Assembly: GCF_009914755.1 (NCBI RefSeq)
Contig: NC_060927.1
Direction: 5' to 3' (one strand)
DNA length: 64,000 bases
DNA from: the human T2T-CHM13v2.0 reference genome, Homo sapiens
The translations under genes and the position numbers were made by a program. The notes beneath the pieces were generated by a model. The model ran no database searches. It had not been told where the DNA came from and saw only the letters and a list, made by a program, of their open reading frames with translations. This document shows, piece by piece, positions 39,191 through 52,632 of this stretch (position 1 is its first letter; every line of letters begins with the position of its first letter).

Positions 39191-42100
39191 CAACAATTAT
39201 GCTCCACTGTCTTCCCCAGTGAAATGCTACCCATCGTGGTATCTTCAGAGAGTGGGTTCCAGAAGGAACTCCCAGACCAAGCCTCCTTGAATTCAGGCTC
39301 AGTCTGCAAAAGGTTTTCTTTTTTCTCACGGTAAGAGACATGGGTGGTGTCCTTTCTCTGAGCTGTTTCCTAGGAATTAGTACCACTTTCTCAACCGAGA
39401 GGCCCAGCCTCCCTGCTGTTGGGCCTCTGACCTCCCTGTTCCCTCCCTCATACCCTCCCCTCCTATTCCCTCTTCAGGTAAACCACTGAGATAAGTCAGA
39501 GCTCCCCACCCTAGGCCTCCCACCCACTCTTTATCTTTTTCTCTCTCTACCAAAAGGCCTGTAATTAGGAAACATTAGCAGGCTCAAAACAGCTTTCATA
39601 CCTGAAACATCCTCCATAATTGCACTCAGCAGAGCTCTTCCCTGGCTATTAATGTCACTTCTATGAAGCAATGAGGAACAAAACACCCGAGGCACTTAAA
39701 ACATTTTTTATATAATACGCGTCTTTTAGGAATGGAAGTTTAAAATCACCTGCCTGACAGAGACAGTGATAGACAAAGGCTTGAGGGCCTTGGGTGAGAG
39801 CCAGGAAGCAGGCCCTCCTCCAAGTGATGGAAGGCAGTGGCCACGAGATTCAGATGCTGCTCTGGGAAGAGACTCCAGGGCCGTGCGTGGGTGGACCTAC
39901 CTCAATGGATCCCCAGGGGAGGAGAATTGGGCCAGATGAGCAGCAAGGCCACTGCTCTGCCTGGCTCCATTGCTTGTGGTTGCCTTCATGGTGCTTTCCT
40001 ATGAGACTGTTTTTATGGGCATGTGTATGCATTTAACAGAAAGGTGAATAGAATGCCACAGATGACCCGTGTTGTGCAGTAGAATGTCAATCATTACACT
40101 GATTGCAGAAATATATTGGACTTTGTGTGTGTGCGGTATGGGTGGGGGAGGGGAGTGGGAGAGAGAAAGAGAGAGAGAGAAGCTTTCCTAGCTTGCTGTA
40201 TTAAACAACTTTGGGAGTTGTGGTGGTTCACCAGATCCTTACTGTCTGGCATATTTATTTTCTTGCTCTTGGAAATGGCTCATAGACTCATTCATCAACA
40301 GAGCAGAGACATTTCTGTCCACAGACTCTGGGAGGGAATTCCAGAGGTTACCTAAGCCCACCTTCTCCCTATTGGAGGAATGCTTAACCCTTGTTGGCCC
40401 AGACAGGTGTAGTTCCATGTCTCTAAAACCTTCCCCAAGAGGACAGTAGCCCCACTACACCCCTTGTCCCAGTCTTGGAAACCTTTATGCAACTGGCATG
40501 TGAGCCTGAGGACTGACTCATTGATGACAGCACTTATCAAATTGAAGGACAAGTGGCTCTCCAGGGCAGGAGAGGACACAGGGCTCCTGACAAAGGCACT
40601 GGGATGGAGCTGAGGAGGGTCAGCATTGCCCTGACAGCCTGAACTCACAGCACTCCCACTGGTGACCTTGGTGAAGGAAAGAAACATATTATTGGCAAAG
40701 ACAAAGCATTAGAAGGAGAGTGAGGATAAGACGAACAGGAGGAAAACAGGCGAAGAAGGGAGGGTCAGGGTTGTCAGAAGAAAGATGAGCCTGGTTCCAG
40801 GAAGGAGGAACTGAGCCTCTGGGATGTTGGCTTTGGCCTTACTTCCAGTTATGGGCAAAAGCTATAGAATAAGTTGGCCAAAATCCCACTATACTTTCAA
40901 TAGTATGAAGGATCATGCCCAGGATTTGGGATCTGATGTCCTGGGCTTATTTCCATTTTCTGCTAAGTTCTTTAGCCTCTTTAAGTCCATATGCTGCCTT
41001 TATAACATAGGTAATATAAGATCTTATATATAGAGTGATTGGGATTACATTGTGTTTACCTTTGTAAACTGTAAGACTCAGTGCAGTACCACTTGCCCTG
41101 ATTAGTACTAGTGGTAACAACGACTCTTGTTCGAAAGACCTAACTTGTATGGGATGAGGGTGGCAACTGATGAAGGAGGGCCCCTGGAGACACAAGATCA
41201 ACATGATAGGTTGTGATTCTTACATGAACAATGTCAGAGAGCACACCCTGTTATTAATAGCAGTGCTATTATTAATAATGATAACTATTACACTAATCAT
41301 CACGATTAATTACATACCAACTGTGTGCCAGGCATCAAGCTTTACTTGTATGACCTCACTTCTCACTGGGACCCTGCAAGGAAGGAAGGTGGCATCTCTC
41401 CCATTTCCAAAGTTCCATTTCCAAAGAGCTATTATCCAAAGTTCCAGGACTAGGTGGGGGTGCCGCTGAGACTGACCCCAGGCTTGTCTAACCACAAAGC
41501 TCGCTTTTGTATCTTTGCCCCTGAAGGAGTGTGAGGAGAGGAACACAGACTCACAGACTGTTGAGAAACCAGAGAATGGAGCTGGGGTGGGGAGGAGTGG
41601 GAATGAGGAGGGGCAAATGTTCAAAAAGAAAAAGGGTAGCTTTTTAAAGTAACAAACCAGTGAGTTGTGCACGTGATAAGCACCTGATAAATCATTGTTT
41701 AAAGCAAGCTGTATGGGGGAGGTAGAGGAGGTGGTTTGGGGAAGTGTGGGGTTGGGGGACCAAAGAGCAGCAAGTCAAAGAGGAGCCTGGAGCAGGTGAG
41801 CCCTGGCCAGAGATCCTCAAGAGAATACAGGTGGTCCCTGTGTATGTCCGGCTCCGGGCAGTGATGGAGGAGCCCAAGAGGATTCCTTCCCACCCCCTAG
41901 GTCCTGACAAGTGTTCAGGAAGTGAAAATTGCTGGGAAGGGCAGGGAGAGCTGTGAGGGTTTCCAGGGAGCTCCTTTGTCCCATCCATTGTCCTCAGTGT
42001 CAGTGGGGCTGAACGCGCCCCCCCCTCCATTTGAGATGCTGCTCTGACAATAGAATGAGGCTGGGGTCCCATCGTGGCACATCCTTATCTCCATGCATGC

Positions 42101-44199
42101 TTGCATGCTGTCCCACTTGTTGCTCTTTCTGGTGGAGACAGGCATGTCCAATACATTTCCCAGTGTCACGAAGGACAGCCTACATGACAAATGTAGGAGT
42201 CAAGATTCTGACTTATCTGCTGATCAAGAGCTTTGCCTTTAAACAAATGTGGCAAATGTTAATGGTCTGTGTTTGCCTTTAGGTGCAAACAGTTCATTAT
42301 GTAACAAGGCAGGGGTAGGCAGTGCTTCAAGTGATGGGGACCTGTGTATGACTGGCCATATCTTCACGGGGCTGACCGTGGGATGCAAATGCAGGGAAGG
42401 CCAGACTGATGTCTGCCATTTGGAGCAGTCCTGGTGCCAGTTGAAGGTAATGGTAGCCCCACTGTGTGCATTGCTGGCCTGAGCATAGCTGTCATAAGAG
42501 GCTTAATGTGGGAGCTGAATTTTAAAGGGGACATTGGAAAAATTAGAGTGTGTCTATTGGGGTTAACCAGGGACCTTGTCATTCAAAGAATATTCTTGCA
42601 CCTGGGAAGCCAAGTCCAGGAGGCAAAGGAATGGAATACTTTTTCTCAATGGAGGCAGAGTTTTCTGCAGGGCTTCCTAGGACCAAGCTCCAGCATCCAA
42701 AGTCCCAGGAAAAAGCAGTCCCTGAAGTGGATCACACATGGTGGCCACATTCCCACCCAATTGGGAGAACACACAGAATGTGGTGGGGGTGTCCTCTCTT
42801 GAGGCCAGATGTGGCTTTTTTTCACCCAGAGACTGGGAATTTCCTCCATTGTAAGAATGGGAACGAAGCCAAGAGCTCCTGCCAGAGGCCCCACCCCTTC
42901 CTTCTCCCATGGCTGGCTCTCTTGTTTCCAAGACAGCTTTGGCTGGCCCCAGCCAGCATGGCTTACGCTCAGTCAAAACTTCCCAAGCTCATGGAATGAG
43001 GAGCCCATTTCCTTAGCCTGTAACCCAGCATGATGGGCCAGCTTGAGGCTGGCCTCTGCTATACATTCTGAGCAGAAATCCCGCCAAGCTGAAGGGAAAT
43101 GCCATCAGTCTCTCCCAGGGGTGACTCTCTGCTCCTCTGTCAATGGAGTCCAGGCCTGGGCTTAGCAGTATCAAGCAGCTGGGGCCTGGGGCCTGCAGCT
43201 CCCACCCCTGCCTTGTTCTACAAGGCCGTGTTGGGCAGCAGTGAGAGCCACATTCAATCGACAGCTTAAGATAATCACATGTGTGAGGCACTGCAATAAT
43301 GGCAGCTGAATACCCTGCCGCCGTTGCCATAGTGACCAGCCAAGCACTGGTTCCCTCCTTTTTTTTTTTTTTTTTTTTCCTCCTTTCTTGTTTTCTGGAC
43401 CTCCTTGTTATAGGGCTGGCTGGTGGGGTGGGCGATGAGTTGGGGAAATGGGAAAGGAGGAAAGGGGGAGGAGAGACCCAGGAGGGGCAGCCCATTATAC
43501 CCTCTTTAAATACCCCAGCTGGAGGTGTTTTAAATCTCAACAGAGACAGAGAGAAACAGTGTCTTAATCCCTAACTCCCTGTGAATTATTTAAAGAGATC
43601 TTGTCAGAAGGATGAATTTGTCACTGTTGCAGTGTCAACAGCAGCAGCAGCTGTCATAATGGCTGAGGACCCCACTCCAGGCAGGGCCTGGTACGCAATG
43701 CTGCTGCCTGGTGGAGGTTACAGTGCCCCAGGGGTGTATAGATAGGGAGCCCCCTGCCCAGACCCAAGCCTGCAGTATTTTCCCTAACATGCTGGTAGAA
43801 ACCTGGGTGTGAAATATGCCGGAGTATAAAGAGGTGTGTGCCCTTCAGAGCTCGTGCCCTGCTGGCCTTGCCCTCTAGTAGTGTGGCTGGACCTGAGCTA
43901 ACCAGCGCTCACAGGGCCTTCCGATGGTAGGCATACCCAAGGGAGGGCCATGGCCAACACCTCAGCTGCCTGCACTTACACACACACGCCCAAGCACGCA
44001 TATATCAATGATAGATGCACAGGTGCTGACAGACAGACAGAAGAGTCATAGAGCATACACATCATGGAGGGAGAGTGGAATTCCAAGAAAAAAATAACTG
44101 ATGTGCACTCAGAGAGAGGCTAAGTGTGTGTCCCCAGAGGGTAGCTATTCATGATAACTGGCTCACAAGGGGCTCTTACTGGGGTTTAATTACCTTGCA

Positions 44200-44360
44200 A
44201 GCTTAAGTCATGTTTAATCCTCACAATTGCCTCACGAGATAGGTACTATTAGGTACTATCCCTGTATTGCAGAGGAGGAAGTCGAGGCTCAGAGAAGTTT
44301 AAAGACTTGCCCATGGTCACACAGCTGGGTCTGGCGGACTCCAGAGCCTATGAACTTACC
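44200..44360 (-). mobile_element. MIR SINE
   Basis: TTTAATCCTCACAA...GAGATAGGTACTATT...GCAGAGGAGGAAGTCGAGGCTCAGAGAAGTTTAAAGACTTGCCCATGGTCACACAGCT. Confidence 0.8.
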
Positions 44361-45714
44361 CCGGGCTAAGCTGGGGATCCGCATGATTATGGGTTGGGCA
44401 AGGTTAGAGCAGTGCTGTTCTTAAACCCCCACCCCTTTTTTGATCATCACAAAAACCTCCTTCCTAGCAATCTGAATATACTCTGCTTGAAGCCACTTTC
44501 TCCACCTTGACCTTGTTACAGTATTATCTGCATTTCTCTACCATCCAAGATTTTGTGGAGCTCTGCTCTTAAATATTGCATTGGGAAACAATATGTATAT
44601 GTTTGTGATATTCCAGTTATGTCCCTCACCCCCATCCCCTTGCTGTGATGCATTTCCAGGAAGGCATCTTTGCTGTGAGTTCACAGTTTAGGGAATTCAT
44701 TGCTTTGTACTGCTACAATATGGAAGCCCTTCCAAGGCACTGGGCTTTCAGAAGCAGTCTCCAACCCTGAGTCGGTCACCTTTCTCAAATGGAATACCAC
44801 ATCAGGCCATGGTAATGAATGGGGGGTGGGGGGGTGGCATTCCTGTCCTCTCAGCCCAGCACATCTGGGACGTAAATCAAGCATATTGGAAGGTAAGCTG
44901 GTGCTCACAGCCCTCAGGGGAGCCTTTGAGTAAATCCCTGCCTTGGTTGGTTGGTGTAGTAAATGGTAGATCCCTCTGGGCTTGTAGGAATTTATGCCCC
45001 ACGGACTGCATTTTACATTTTAATTAGCCCTCTAGCTTGTCTAATATCCAAGCTTTTTCAGGCTTAGTCTACTGTCTACACGGGAGCTTTGTCCTTGGGG
45101 TCCAGGCTGATTGGTGGGGAAGGCTTGGTAGTGGTGGCTCCAGCCCAGCCCTGAGCATCTGCTGCCCTGAAGAATCTTTGGCCTCCTGTGGGCTCTGTGA
45201 AGTTGTGTGCTGCCCAGGCTCCAGTGGGCTTCTTGTTCACAGGGGCAGCCATCTCCCCGGATTGGGCAATGCCAAGAAAGCTCCATTATGGTCCCACAGG
45301 ACATGGTGGCAGCAACTGTTTGCAAAATAGCAGCCTCCCTCAACAGCAGTTTGTGCCCAAAAACAGACTGCTGAATGGGACCAGAGCCTGTAAGATGTGT
45401 CCAATTTTGTCTCCTTGTGGTCTGAGCTGGTGGCTGACAGTGGTCCAGGGATTGCTGGCTCAAGAGAAGAGAGCCTATGATGAAACAGCTCAGAGGAAGC
45501 CCTGGAGATTCCCAGAGGGAAAGGGAAGGGGACTGCTGGTTGTTTCTCTGTGTCTGTAAGGAGAGGGAGTTTAGCCTTTTAGTTCCTGCATTCTGCTGAC
45601 CAAAGGGTAGGATTATTTATATAGGATCTAGATGATTTCCACACCCTGGTGACTCAGCTGGAGGTGGATCCTGAGGTTAACATAATCACGATGATGATGA
45701 TCATAATAATAATG

Positions 45715-45900
45715 TTAATAATTGGTACTCAGTGAATGGTAGTTATGTGCAGGCACAGCACTAGATGAGCTCCTTCCACATCCATGATCTTTCAGTCTTC
45801 GTATTACCCTGCAAAGTAAATAGTATTTTGCGAGTGAGGAAACTGAAGCTCAGAAAGTTGTCTGTGATCACAGAGCTGTAACTGGCAGAGGTGGGGTCTG
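45715..45900 (-). mobile_element. MIR SINE
   Basis: TATGTGCAGGCACAGCACTAG...GTGAGGAAACTGAAGCTCAGAAAGTT...GATCACAGAGCT. Confidence 0.7.
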
Positions 45901-45999
45901 CCTGCCCTGGCAACCTCTCCAGCTTCATATCTTTCAGTGTTTCTCTTGCTGTTTAAACTTCTGTAGCCACACTGGCATCTTGGCTTTCTCAGCAATGGG

Positions 46000-46370
46000 C
46001 CAGGCACCTTCTTGCCCTGGGGAACTTGTTCTGGTTGCCCTCTGTGCCTGGGATGCTCCTCCTTCGTGTACCCTCCAGGCTAGCTCCTGTGTTTCATTCA
46101 GATCTCAGCTCAAAGGGAGATCTTCCCTGATTACCCCACTGCCAGCTGTCACTCTATTTCCTTTCCTGCTTCTTAGTAGTTGTTAATGCTACCTGACTTT
46201 ATATTATTCATTTGTTTGTTTGTTCATGCTTTGGTTAACTCTAGTGGAATATAAGGTCCATGCGGACAGGGATTTTGTCTCTCATTTACTGCTGTTTCAC
46301 CAACTCCTAGAATGTTGCTTGGGGCTGCTGTAGTAGATGTTTGACTCTTTATTAAATAAATGAGATAAAT
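46000..46370 (+). mobile_element. L2 LINE 3' end
   Basis: TGTGCCTGGGATGCTCCT...CATTCAGATCTCAGCTCAAA...GGACAGGGATTTTGTCT...TTTACTGCTGTTTCACCAACTCCTAGAA. Confidence 0.7.
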
Positions 46371-46584
46371 GAGCTGGGTTTGAAACAAATCAGAATAGCT
46401 GGGATCGTATTAGGTCAACAGAGGCCAAAAAGCCTATTTCAATTATTTCTATTCCTGTCTTAAATAAAGGTGTCCAGAGGAAGTGCCCCTTTCCAGCCAG
46501 GCCCTGTAGAAATGGTTTATTCATGGAGGTTATAATGATGCAGCATCATGATAGTCATTGGGCATTCTTAGAGGAGCGGGCCTG

Positions 46585-47023
46585 GTGTGGGGTGGGGGAC
46601 ATTGCATCAGTCCAGGGAGGGGCCAACTATCAAACATCTTTCCAGAATTCTGTGCTTGGAATTGTCTTCAGAGGCACAGAGTGGAATCAGCTCAAATCTC
46701 TCACCTTCATTTTATAGTGGCTCTTCATTTTGACCAGTAATATTATTTCTTAGTTTGCTCAACCATCTCACTAATCAGACTTGGTTCCAAATGATCTTTG
46801 CCTGTGTGGGGTGGGGGACATTGCATCAGTCCAGGGAGGGGCCAACTATCAAACATCTTTCCAGAATTCTGTGCTTGGAACTGTCTTTAGAGGCACAGAG
46901 TGGAATCAGCTCAAATCTCTCACCTTCATTTTATAGTGGCTCTTCATTTTGACCAGTAATATTATTTCTTAGTTTGCTCATCCATCTCACTAATCAGACT
47001 TGGTTCCAAATGACTTTTGCCTG
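46585..47023. repeat. Tandem duplication, 2 x 219 bp, about 98% identical
   Basis: ATTGCATCAGTCCAGGGAGG starts at 46601 and again at 46820; five substitutions seen by eye. Confidence 0.95.
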
Positions 47024-47197
47024 TTTCTGAAATTCAAATCCACTCTTGGGGCATAAAGAATGTGTCAGAGTTTCTGAAGGTTTTTCTAGAAGGTAGTGTA
47101 GATGGACCAATGAGTAGAGCCCATGACAATGATTTTGAAAGGGGAACAGTTTTTACAGATAAATGAGTTTTGATAGCATGCTTTACATATGCACACA

Positions 47198-47199
<2 letters not shown>

Positions 47200-47235
<36 letters not shown>
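47200..47235. repeat. (CA)n microsatellite
   Basis: Direct reading, about 18 units. Confidence 0.95.
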
Positions 47236-47238
<3 letters not shown>

Positions 47239-47899
47239 AGCCAGACTGCAGAGAGTCAATATGCACTGTCCAAATGTCAACAGGCACTCTAGCAATAGAA
47301 CTGCAAGCTCTGACTTCCAATAAGCAAGCCTAACAAACCTAGATCTTGGAGAGACCTGAAAGTGTCTTTCTCATACATCAAAGTCATGATCTGAAAGCCT
47401 GAACAAGTACTTTCTAATGGATGTCACTGTTTCCTTTATTATGCTTATCTCAAGGACAGGTGATCCATTTGTGTCAAAATAGTGCTCTTTCAAAGGCAGT
47501 TAATAATCTGTTGGTTGTGCAAGGTTGATTTGTTTCTTCTTTCACAAAGACAGGTTAGCCTGGTGGCACCTGCAGTAAAGAAGGGAGAGAAGTTAAAGAA
47601 TAGGCCGGGGCTCTGCTCATTGCCTCAGTCTTCCAGGATATTTTGAGGGCTTGGCACTGGGAATATGGAGCAATACCCAACACAGTCCCAGCCTGTAGGA
47701 TTGGGTTCATATGGGAGATGGATTTGTATTTTAGAAAACTCATACGAGCAGGGGAATTAAGGAGAATGACTGGGAGAGTTACTTGGAGGGTAAAGAGAAT
47801 TCAATGACGAAACAGAAGGGGAGGGCTGAATAGAAGAGCTATGGAGATAGGAGACATAGAATTTGGGGGTTAACCTCCTATGATGAGGAGCAAAACAAA

Positions 47900-48200
47900 A
47901 CAAAATGGAGAGGGCAGAGTCTAGAGTGCTTCCTAGTCATCTGGTACTGGGTGGTTGAGGTGTCATTCTCAGACAGAGGTGAGACTGCATCAGGGCTGCA
48001 AAGGGCAAGGTGGTGCATCCCGGTTATTTATCAGGAGGCATCCAGCAGGCAGCAGAATATACAAGTCTGGGGTATTGGGGAGAGGTCAAGTTGGTGATGC
48101 ACTCCATGGTGGTCGAAGCCTTGTATATGGATGAGATCACCTAGGATAAAAAGTGAGATGAAAATGGAGTGGATTTCACTGGTCCCAGATGTTACTGAAT
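47900..48200 (-). mobile_element. L2 LINE fragment
   Basis: GGAGGCATCCAGCAGGCAGCAGAATATACAAGTCTGG...GGTGGTCGAAGCCTTGTATATGGATGAGATCACCTAGG. Confidence 0.65.
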
Positions 48201-49366
48201 AAAATGGTGTTCCATAATTCCAGTGTTGTGAAGCTAAATGCATGGAATTATTTTTCTTGTTGAAATGAACTAATAAATTAGTCAAAGTTTAATTTACTGT
48301 CCTGAAGGAGCTCACAGCCTGGTAGCAGAAACCAAAGTCACACAAGTGAAGCAATTAAATAATATTTCAAAACAGTATATTATCAAATGCTAAATTGCGT
48401 GGAATAAACTCAATCATGCTTTATGCATTCAGAAAAATGGCAGATAAATCTAAGCCAGGGAAAGGATTATGGAGGAAATAAGACTGGAGCCACCTCGAAG
48501 GAAGGATCTGCAAAGAGAATCCAGCCCTGCCATGGATCCACCACCTGACTTTGGGCCTGGTATTGAATGTCTCTGGGCCTCACTCTGCCCATTTGTCAAC
48601 AAAACGTCATGACCAACATGGTCTAGAGTGGTTTCCAAGCCACATCTGCCTTTCTCTAGCTCAGTTCAGATGGGATGAGGGTGAGGTAAAAGAAGGGCAT
48701 CAGGGTCAGTCAGAACATCAGCAACAACATCGAGGGGCAGAAATGGGCATGGGCTCTGTTGTCCAGTTATGAGAGGATATGGCCCTGCTTTGGGCCCTTG
48801 ACATCTCTTGCCCTGTCTGTTGTCACTATATTCCGACCAGGGCATGAGGTGATGCCAGCCCTAGTGCACTGGTCATAGGAATGCAAGAGACAGGCCAGAT
48901 GGGGGGATATGGATGGTTCTGGAAGAAATGGCACATTGTGGTGATGAAGTGGGTGTGTTGAACTTGGGGAGCATTTTTGGCCTTTTGAATACCCGACTGA
49001 CCTCCAGGTTGGAAAATCTAGTGGTCCTGGAATGGGGTCCTGAGCCCAAGATTCTGATGCTGACTTTGGACCACACCCTGATACTCCCCAGGTCCTCAGT
49101 ATCAGTGATAGGGATGCTTCCTTGGCCTCCTAGCCCCTCTAGATGCCACCTTTGCCTCAACTTAGGCATCATTCATAACATGTTTGATTGAATGAATGAT
49201 TGGCACTTGGGATACAGGGATAAAGGGGTAAGAAGGTCATCCAAGGTACAGATGATAGAATGAGAAGGGGCATAAGTCACCATGAACAAGCTACGTGTGG
49301 ATAATGGAGACCGTGCGAGCATTGTTGGGATACTGAGGTGTGGGCTGGACCAGATAACAGAGGGGT

Positions 49367-49810
49367 TTTATTTTAAAGCTATATTAAGGTATTATTTACC
49401 TGCAATAAATTCACTCATTTTAAGTGTATTAAAGTTTTAATCAATTCAGTAATTTTTTTGTAAACTTACAGAATTTGTAACCCATCACCACAATCTCATT
49501 TTAGAACATTTTTATCACTCCTAAAAAGATTCTTTATGCCAGTTTGTAGTCGCTCCCCATTTCCCTCTATGGCCCCAGGCAAATACTAACATACCTCTCT
49601 GTCTGTAGATTTGCCTCTTCTGAACATTTCATGTGTATAGAATCACAAAATATGTGGTCTTTTGAGACACACAGCTTTCCTCACTTAGCATAATGTTTTA
49701 GAGATTCATCATGTTGCCGTACGTACTAGTACTTCATTCTTTTTTATTTTGGAATAGTATTCCATTGTATGGGCACATCAGATTTTGTTTATGCACTCAC
49801 CACTTGACAA
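49367..49810 (-). mobile_element. L1MB-type 3' end fragment
   Basis: AAATTCACTCATTTTAAGTGTA...CCATCACCACAATC...TAGAACATTTTTATCAC...GATTTGCCTCTTCTGAACATTTCAT...GAATAGTATTCCATTGTATG. Confidence 0.8.
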
Positions 49811-50219
49811 CAAAGGGTCTTAGGTGACATATTAAAGAGTCCAGCTGAGTCCAGTCCAAGAAAGGAGGACAACAGTCAGGTTAGCATGAGGCAAGTATGA
49901 AGCTTACTCCTCATATAAAGATGTATGAGAAATGTCCTATACCTTATTTTCTTTTAGTCTAATTATTTCAGATTCTTCTGAGTCCCCTATACCACTGGTT
50001 GGTGAGAAGTTCAATCTCAATTAATGGTTTCTCTTTCCACTAGGACTATGCTTCCAGAGGTCTTACTCAGCAAATTCTGAGAAGGCTACTGTATTGTCCA
50101 AAGGCCAGTGGTCCACCTGTAGGTTTTCTGGATATGAATAAAGCTCTGGAGGTGGTGGTGGCTGCAGTTGATAACTTTGTGTGTACCTAATTTCACGTAG
50201 ATAAAAGTCAGAAATTATC

Positions 50220-51135
50220 CTTGAAGTGGAATTGCTGGGTCAAAGGGTGTATGTAGTCATAATTTTGATAAATAAAACCAAAATTTCCATAGAAGTTGTA
50301 CAAATTTCCTTTTCTTCCATTTGTGTGTCAGAATTCTTATCTCCTATGTCCTGTCCAACACAGTGTGCTATCACACTTTTGTTCTTTGACATCCCCCAAA
50401 AAGTATCATAATGTGGCTAATTAACAACTCACACTTTATGAAGAGTGAGATTCAGCATCTTTTCATATATTTAAGAGTTATATCTATGTCTTTTTTAGTG
50501 AACAGTTTGTTGATACCCTTTGCCCAATTTTCTATCTTGTTATTGACTTATGGATTCTCTTTATATATTAGGGGATATTAACACTTTATCTGTGGTAAGT
50601 AACAAATACTTTTTTTCTATCAGGTTTTCTTTTTTCCTCCCTTTTAAATTTGCTCATGGCTATTTCTGTCATGCCAATTTTTAAAATTGTATAGAGATGA
50701 ATTTATCAATATGTTTATTTATGGCTTCTGAGTTTCATATCACAATTAGTATACAAAAATTTTCTCCATGGTTTCTTTTAGTATCTTTGTAGTTTCATTT
50801 TTAATGTTTAAATCTTGGGTTCACCAGAAATTTATTCTGGAGTAAGGTATAAGTATGGAACAAAAGTTATGTTTTCTTTTTTTTCCAGATGGGCACCTAG
50901 TTATCACTACAATTTTTAAAATGATTTACCTTCTTCATATTGATTTCAGTTTTGGCCCACACTTGAAGTATTGGGAGAAGCTACTGAATTGATTTCTAGA
51001 AGATTTCACCAGTTTATACTTCCATCAATAGGCTTGGGCAGTGCTCTTTTTCCCACCTTCTTACCAAGACTTGACATTTTATCTTTTTAATTTTCTGCAA
51101 ATCTGATAAGCAAATCATGGTGTTTTGCTGTTGTT
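50220..51135 (-). mobile_element. Old L1M ORF2 fragments
   Basis: GAAGTGGAATTGCTGGGTCAAAGGG, CAGCATCTTTTCATATATTTA, TCTCTTTATATATTAGGGGATATTAACACTTTATCTG. Confidence 0.7.
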
Positions 51136-51559
51136 TTAATGGGAGGAGATAATTACAGGAAGGAATACAAGAAGCAATATGTCAAATGCCTAGAAGTGGA
51201 GGCTAAGAAGCAGCCATTGAATGGAAGATCTTTAGGAAACTGACTTTCGGGCAGGCAGTGAGAACACATTGCCAGAACTAGAACCAGCACAGGCTTTGGG
51301 TAAAAGAAATTTGGCCCTGAATAGGAAATTGGGCATCTACAGTGTAGTGCATGCAAGACTGGTAAAATTCCCCCTTTTTTAAGAAAAGAGAGAGGGAAGA
51401 GGTGAGTAATCATCATTCCTAAGGATCTGGGAAGCCCAAAGCCTTGTTGGCGAGGCAGGACTGATACCTGAAAGAGTGTTCAGGGGACACATGGCCCCTT
51501 GAGTCTGTGGCTCAGTGAAGGTCTAGAGATTCTCCCCTAAAGCATCGTTCCAGTTTTTG

Positions 51560-52632
51560 CTGGTCTGTTCCAACCTACCATCTCTTGCCTGGGCACCCAC
51601 AATGAACTCCAGTTGTCCTGCCCATACACTCAGGCTGCTCTCAAAACCTGTCTCTGTAGTGCGTCAGAGAGAGCTTTTAAAAGCTCGGCTCTGATCGCCT
51701 GTGTTTTTTTCTCCCTAACTCATCAGCGACTTCTAGTTACACTCAGGATGAAGTTCAAAATTCTCAACTGGATTCATCTTCCTCTCAGTCCTGTTCCTGC
51801 CACCCCCAGCTTCTTATGGCTGTCTGTCACACAGCCTTCATTCCTCAATGGCACCAGGCCACTTTTCCTATCATGAGGCCTTTGTACCTGCCTTTGTTTG
51901 GCCCAGAGGCTCTGCTCCTATTCTGCTCCCAGAAGGTGCATACTTCTCCTGGCTTACTTCTATCTACCTGTCCCCTCTCAGCTTGGAGGGTGATATTGTT
52001 TGGATGTTTGTCCCCTCCCAATCTCATATTAAAGCATGCTCTCCAATGTTGGAGGTGGCACCTAGCAGGAGGTGTTTGGGTCATGGCAGGGGATCCCTCA
52101 TGAATGGCTTGATGGTCTCCTTATGGTAATGAGTGAGTCTCACTCTATTAGTTCACACAGGAGCTGGTGGTTTAAAAGAACCTGGCATCTCTCTTGCTCC
52201 CTCTCTCACCATGTGACATGCCTGCTCCTCCACCTTCCTCCATGATTGGAAACTTCCTGAGGCCTCACCAGAAGTAGATTGTGGTGCCATGCTTCTTGTA
52301 CAGGCTGCAGAACTATAAACCAGATAAACCTCTTTTCTTTATAAATTACCCAGCCTCAGGTATTCCTTTATAGCAACACAAAATGGACTCATACAGAGGG
52401 TCTTTCCTGACAATCTTCATATATCCGTTGCACCCCCGTGCTTGGCTCCCTGTAATTTTCCCTCACAGCAGTTAACACAAATGTAATTATTTAGTTATTT
52501 TAGTAACCATTTTCTAATTTCTGTTTCTCTCACTAGATTATAAGCTTCATATTGTTATATCCCCAGTGGCTAATGGCGCCTGGCACAAACCTAACATTCA
52601 GTAGACATTTTTTTTTCATTGATGAATGAATG
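51560..52632 (+). mobile_element. L2 LINE 3' region interrupted by the MST LTR
   Basis: ACTCAGGATGAAGTTCAAAATTCTC before the LTR; TCTTTCCTGACAA...CACTAGATTATAAGCTTC...CCTGGCACA...TGATGAATGAATGA after it. Confidence 0.65.
51991..52395 (+). mobile_element. MST (MSTA/MSTB-type) MaLR solo LTR, 405 bp, 5-bp TSD GAGGG
   Basis: TGATATTGTTTGGATGTTTGTCCCCTCC...ATAAACCTCTTTTCTTTATAAATTACCCAGCCTCAGGTATTCCTTTATAGCAACACAAAATGGACTCATACA; GAGGG at 51986-51990 and 52396-52400. Confidence 0.92.
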
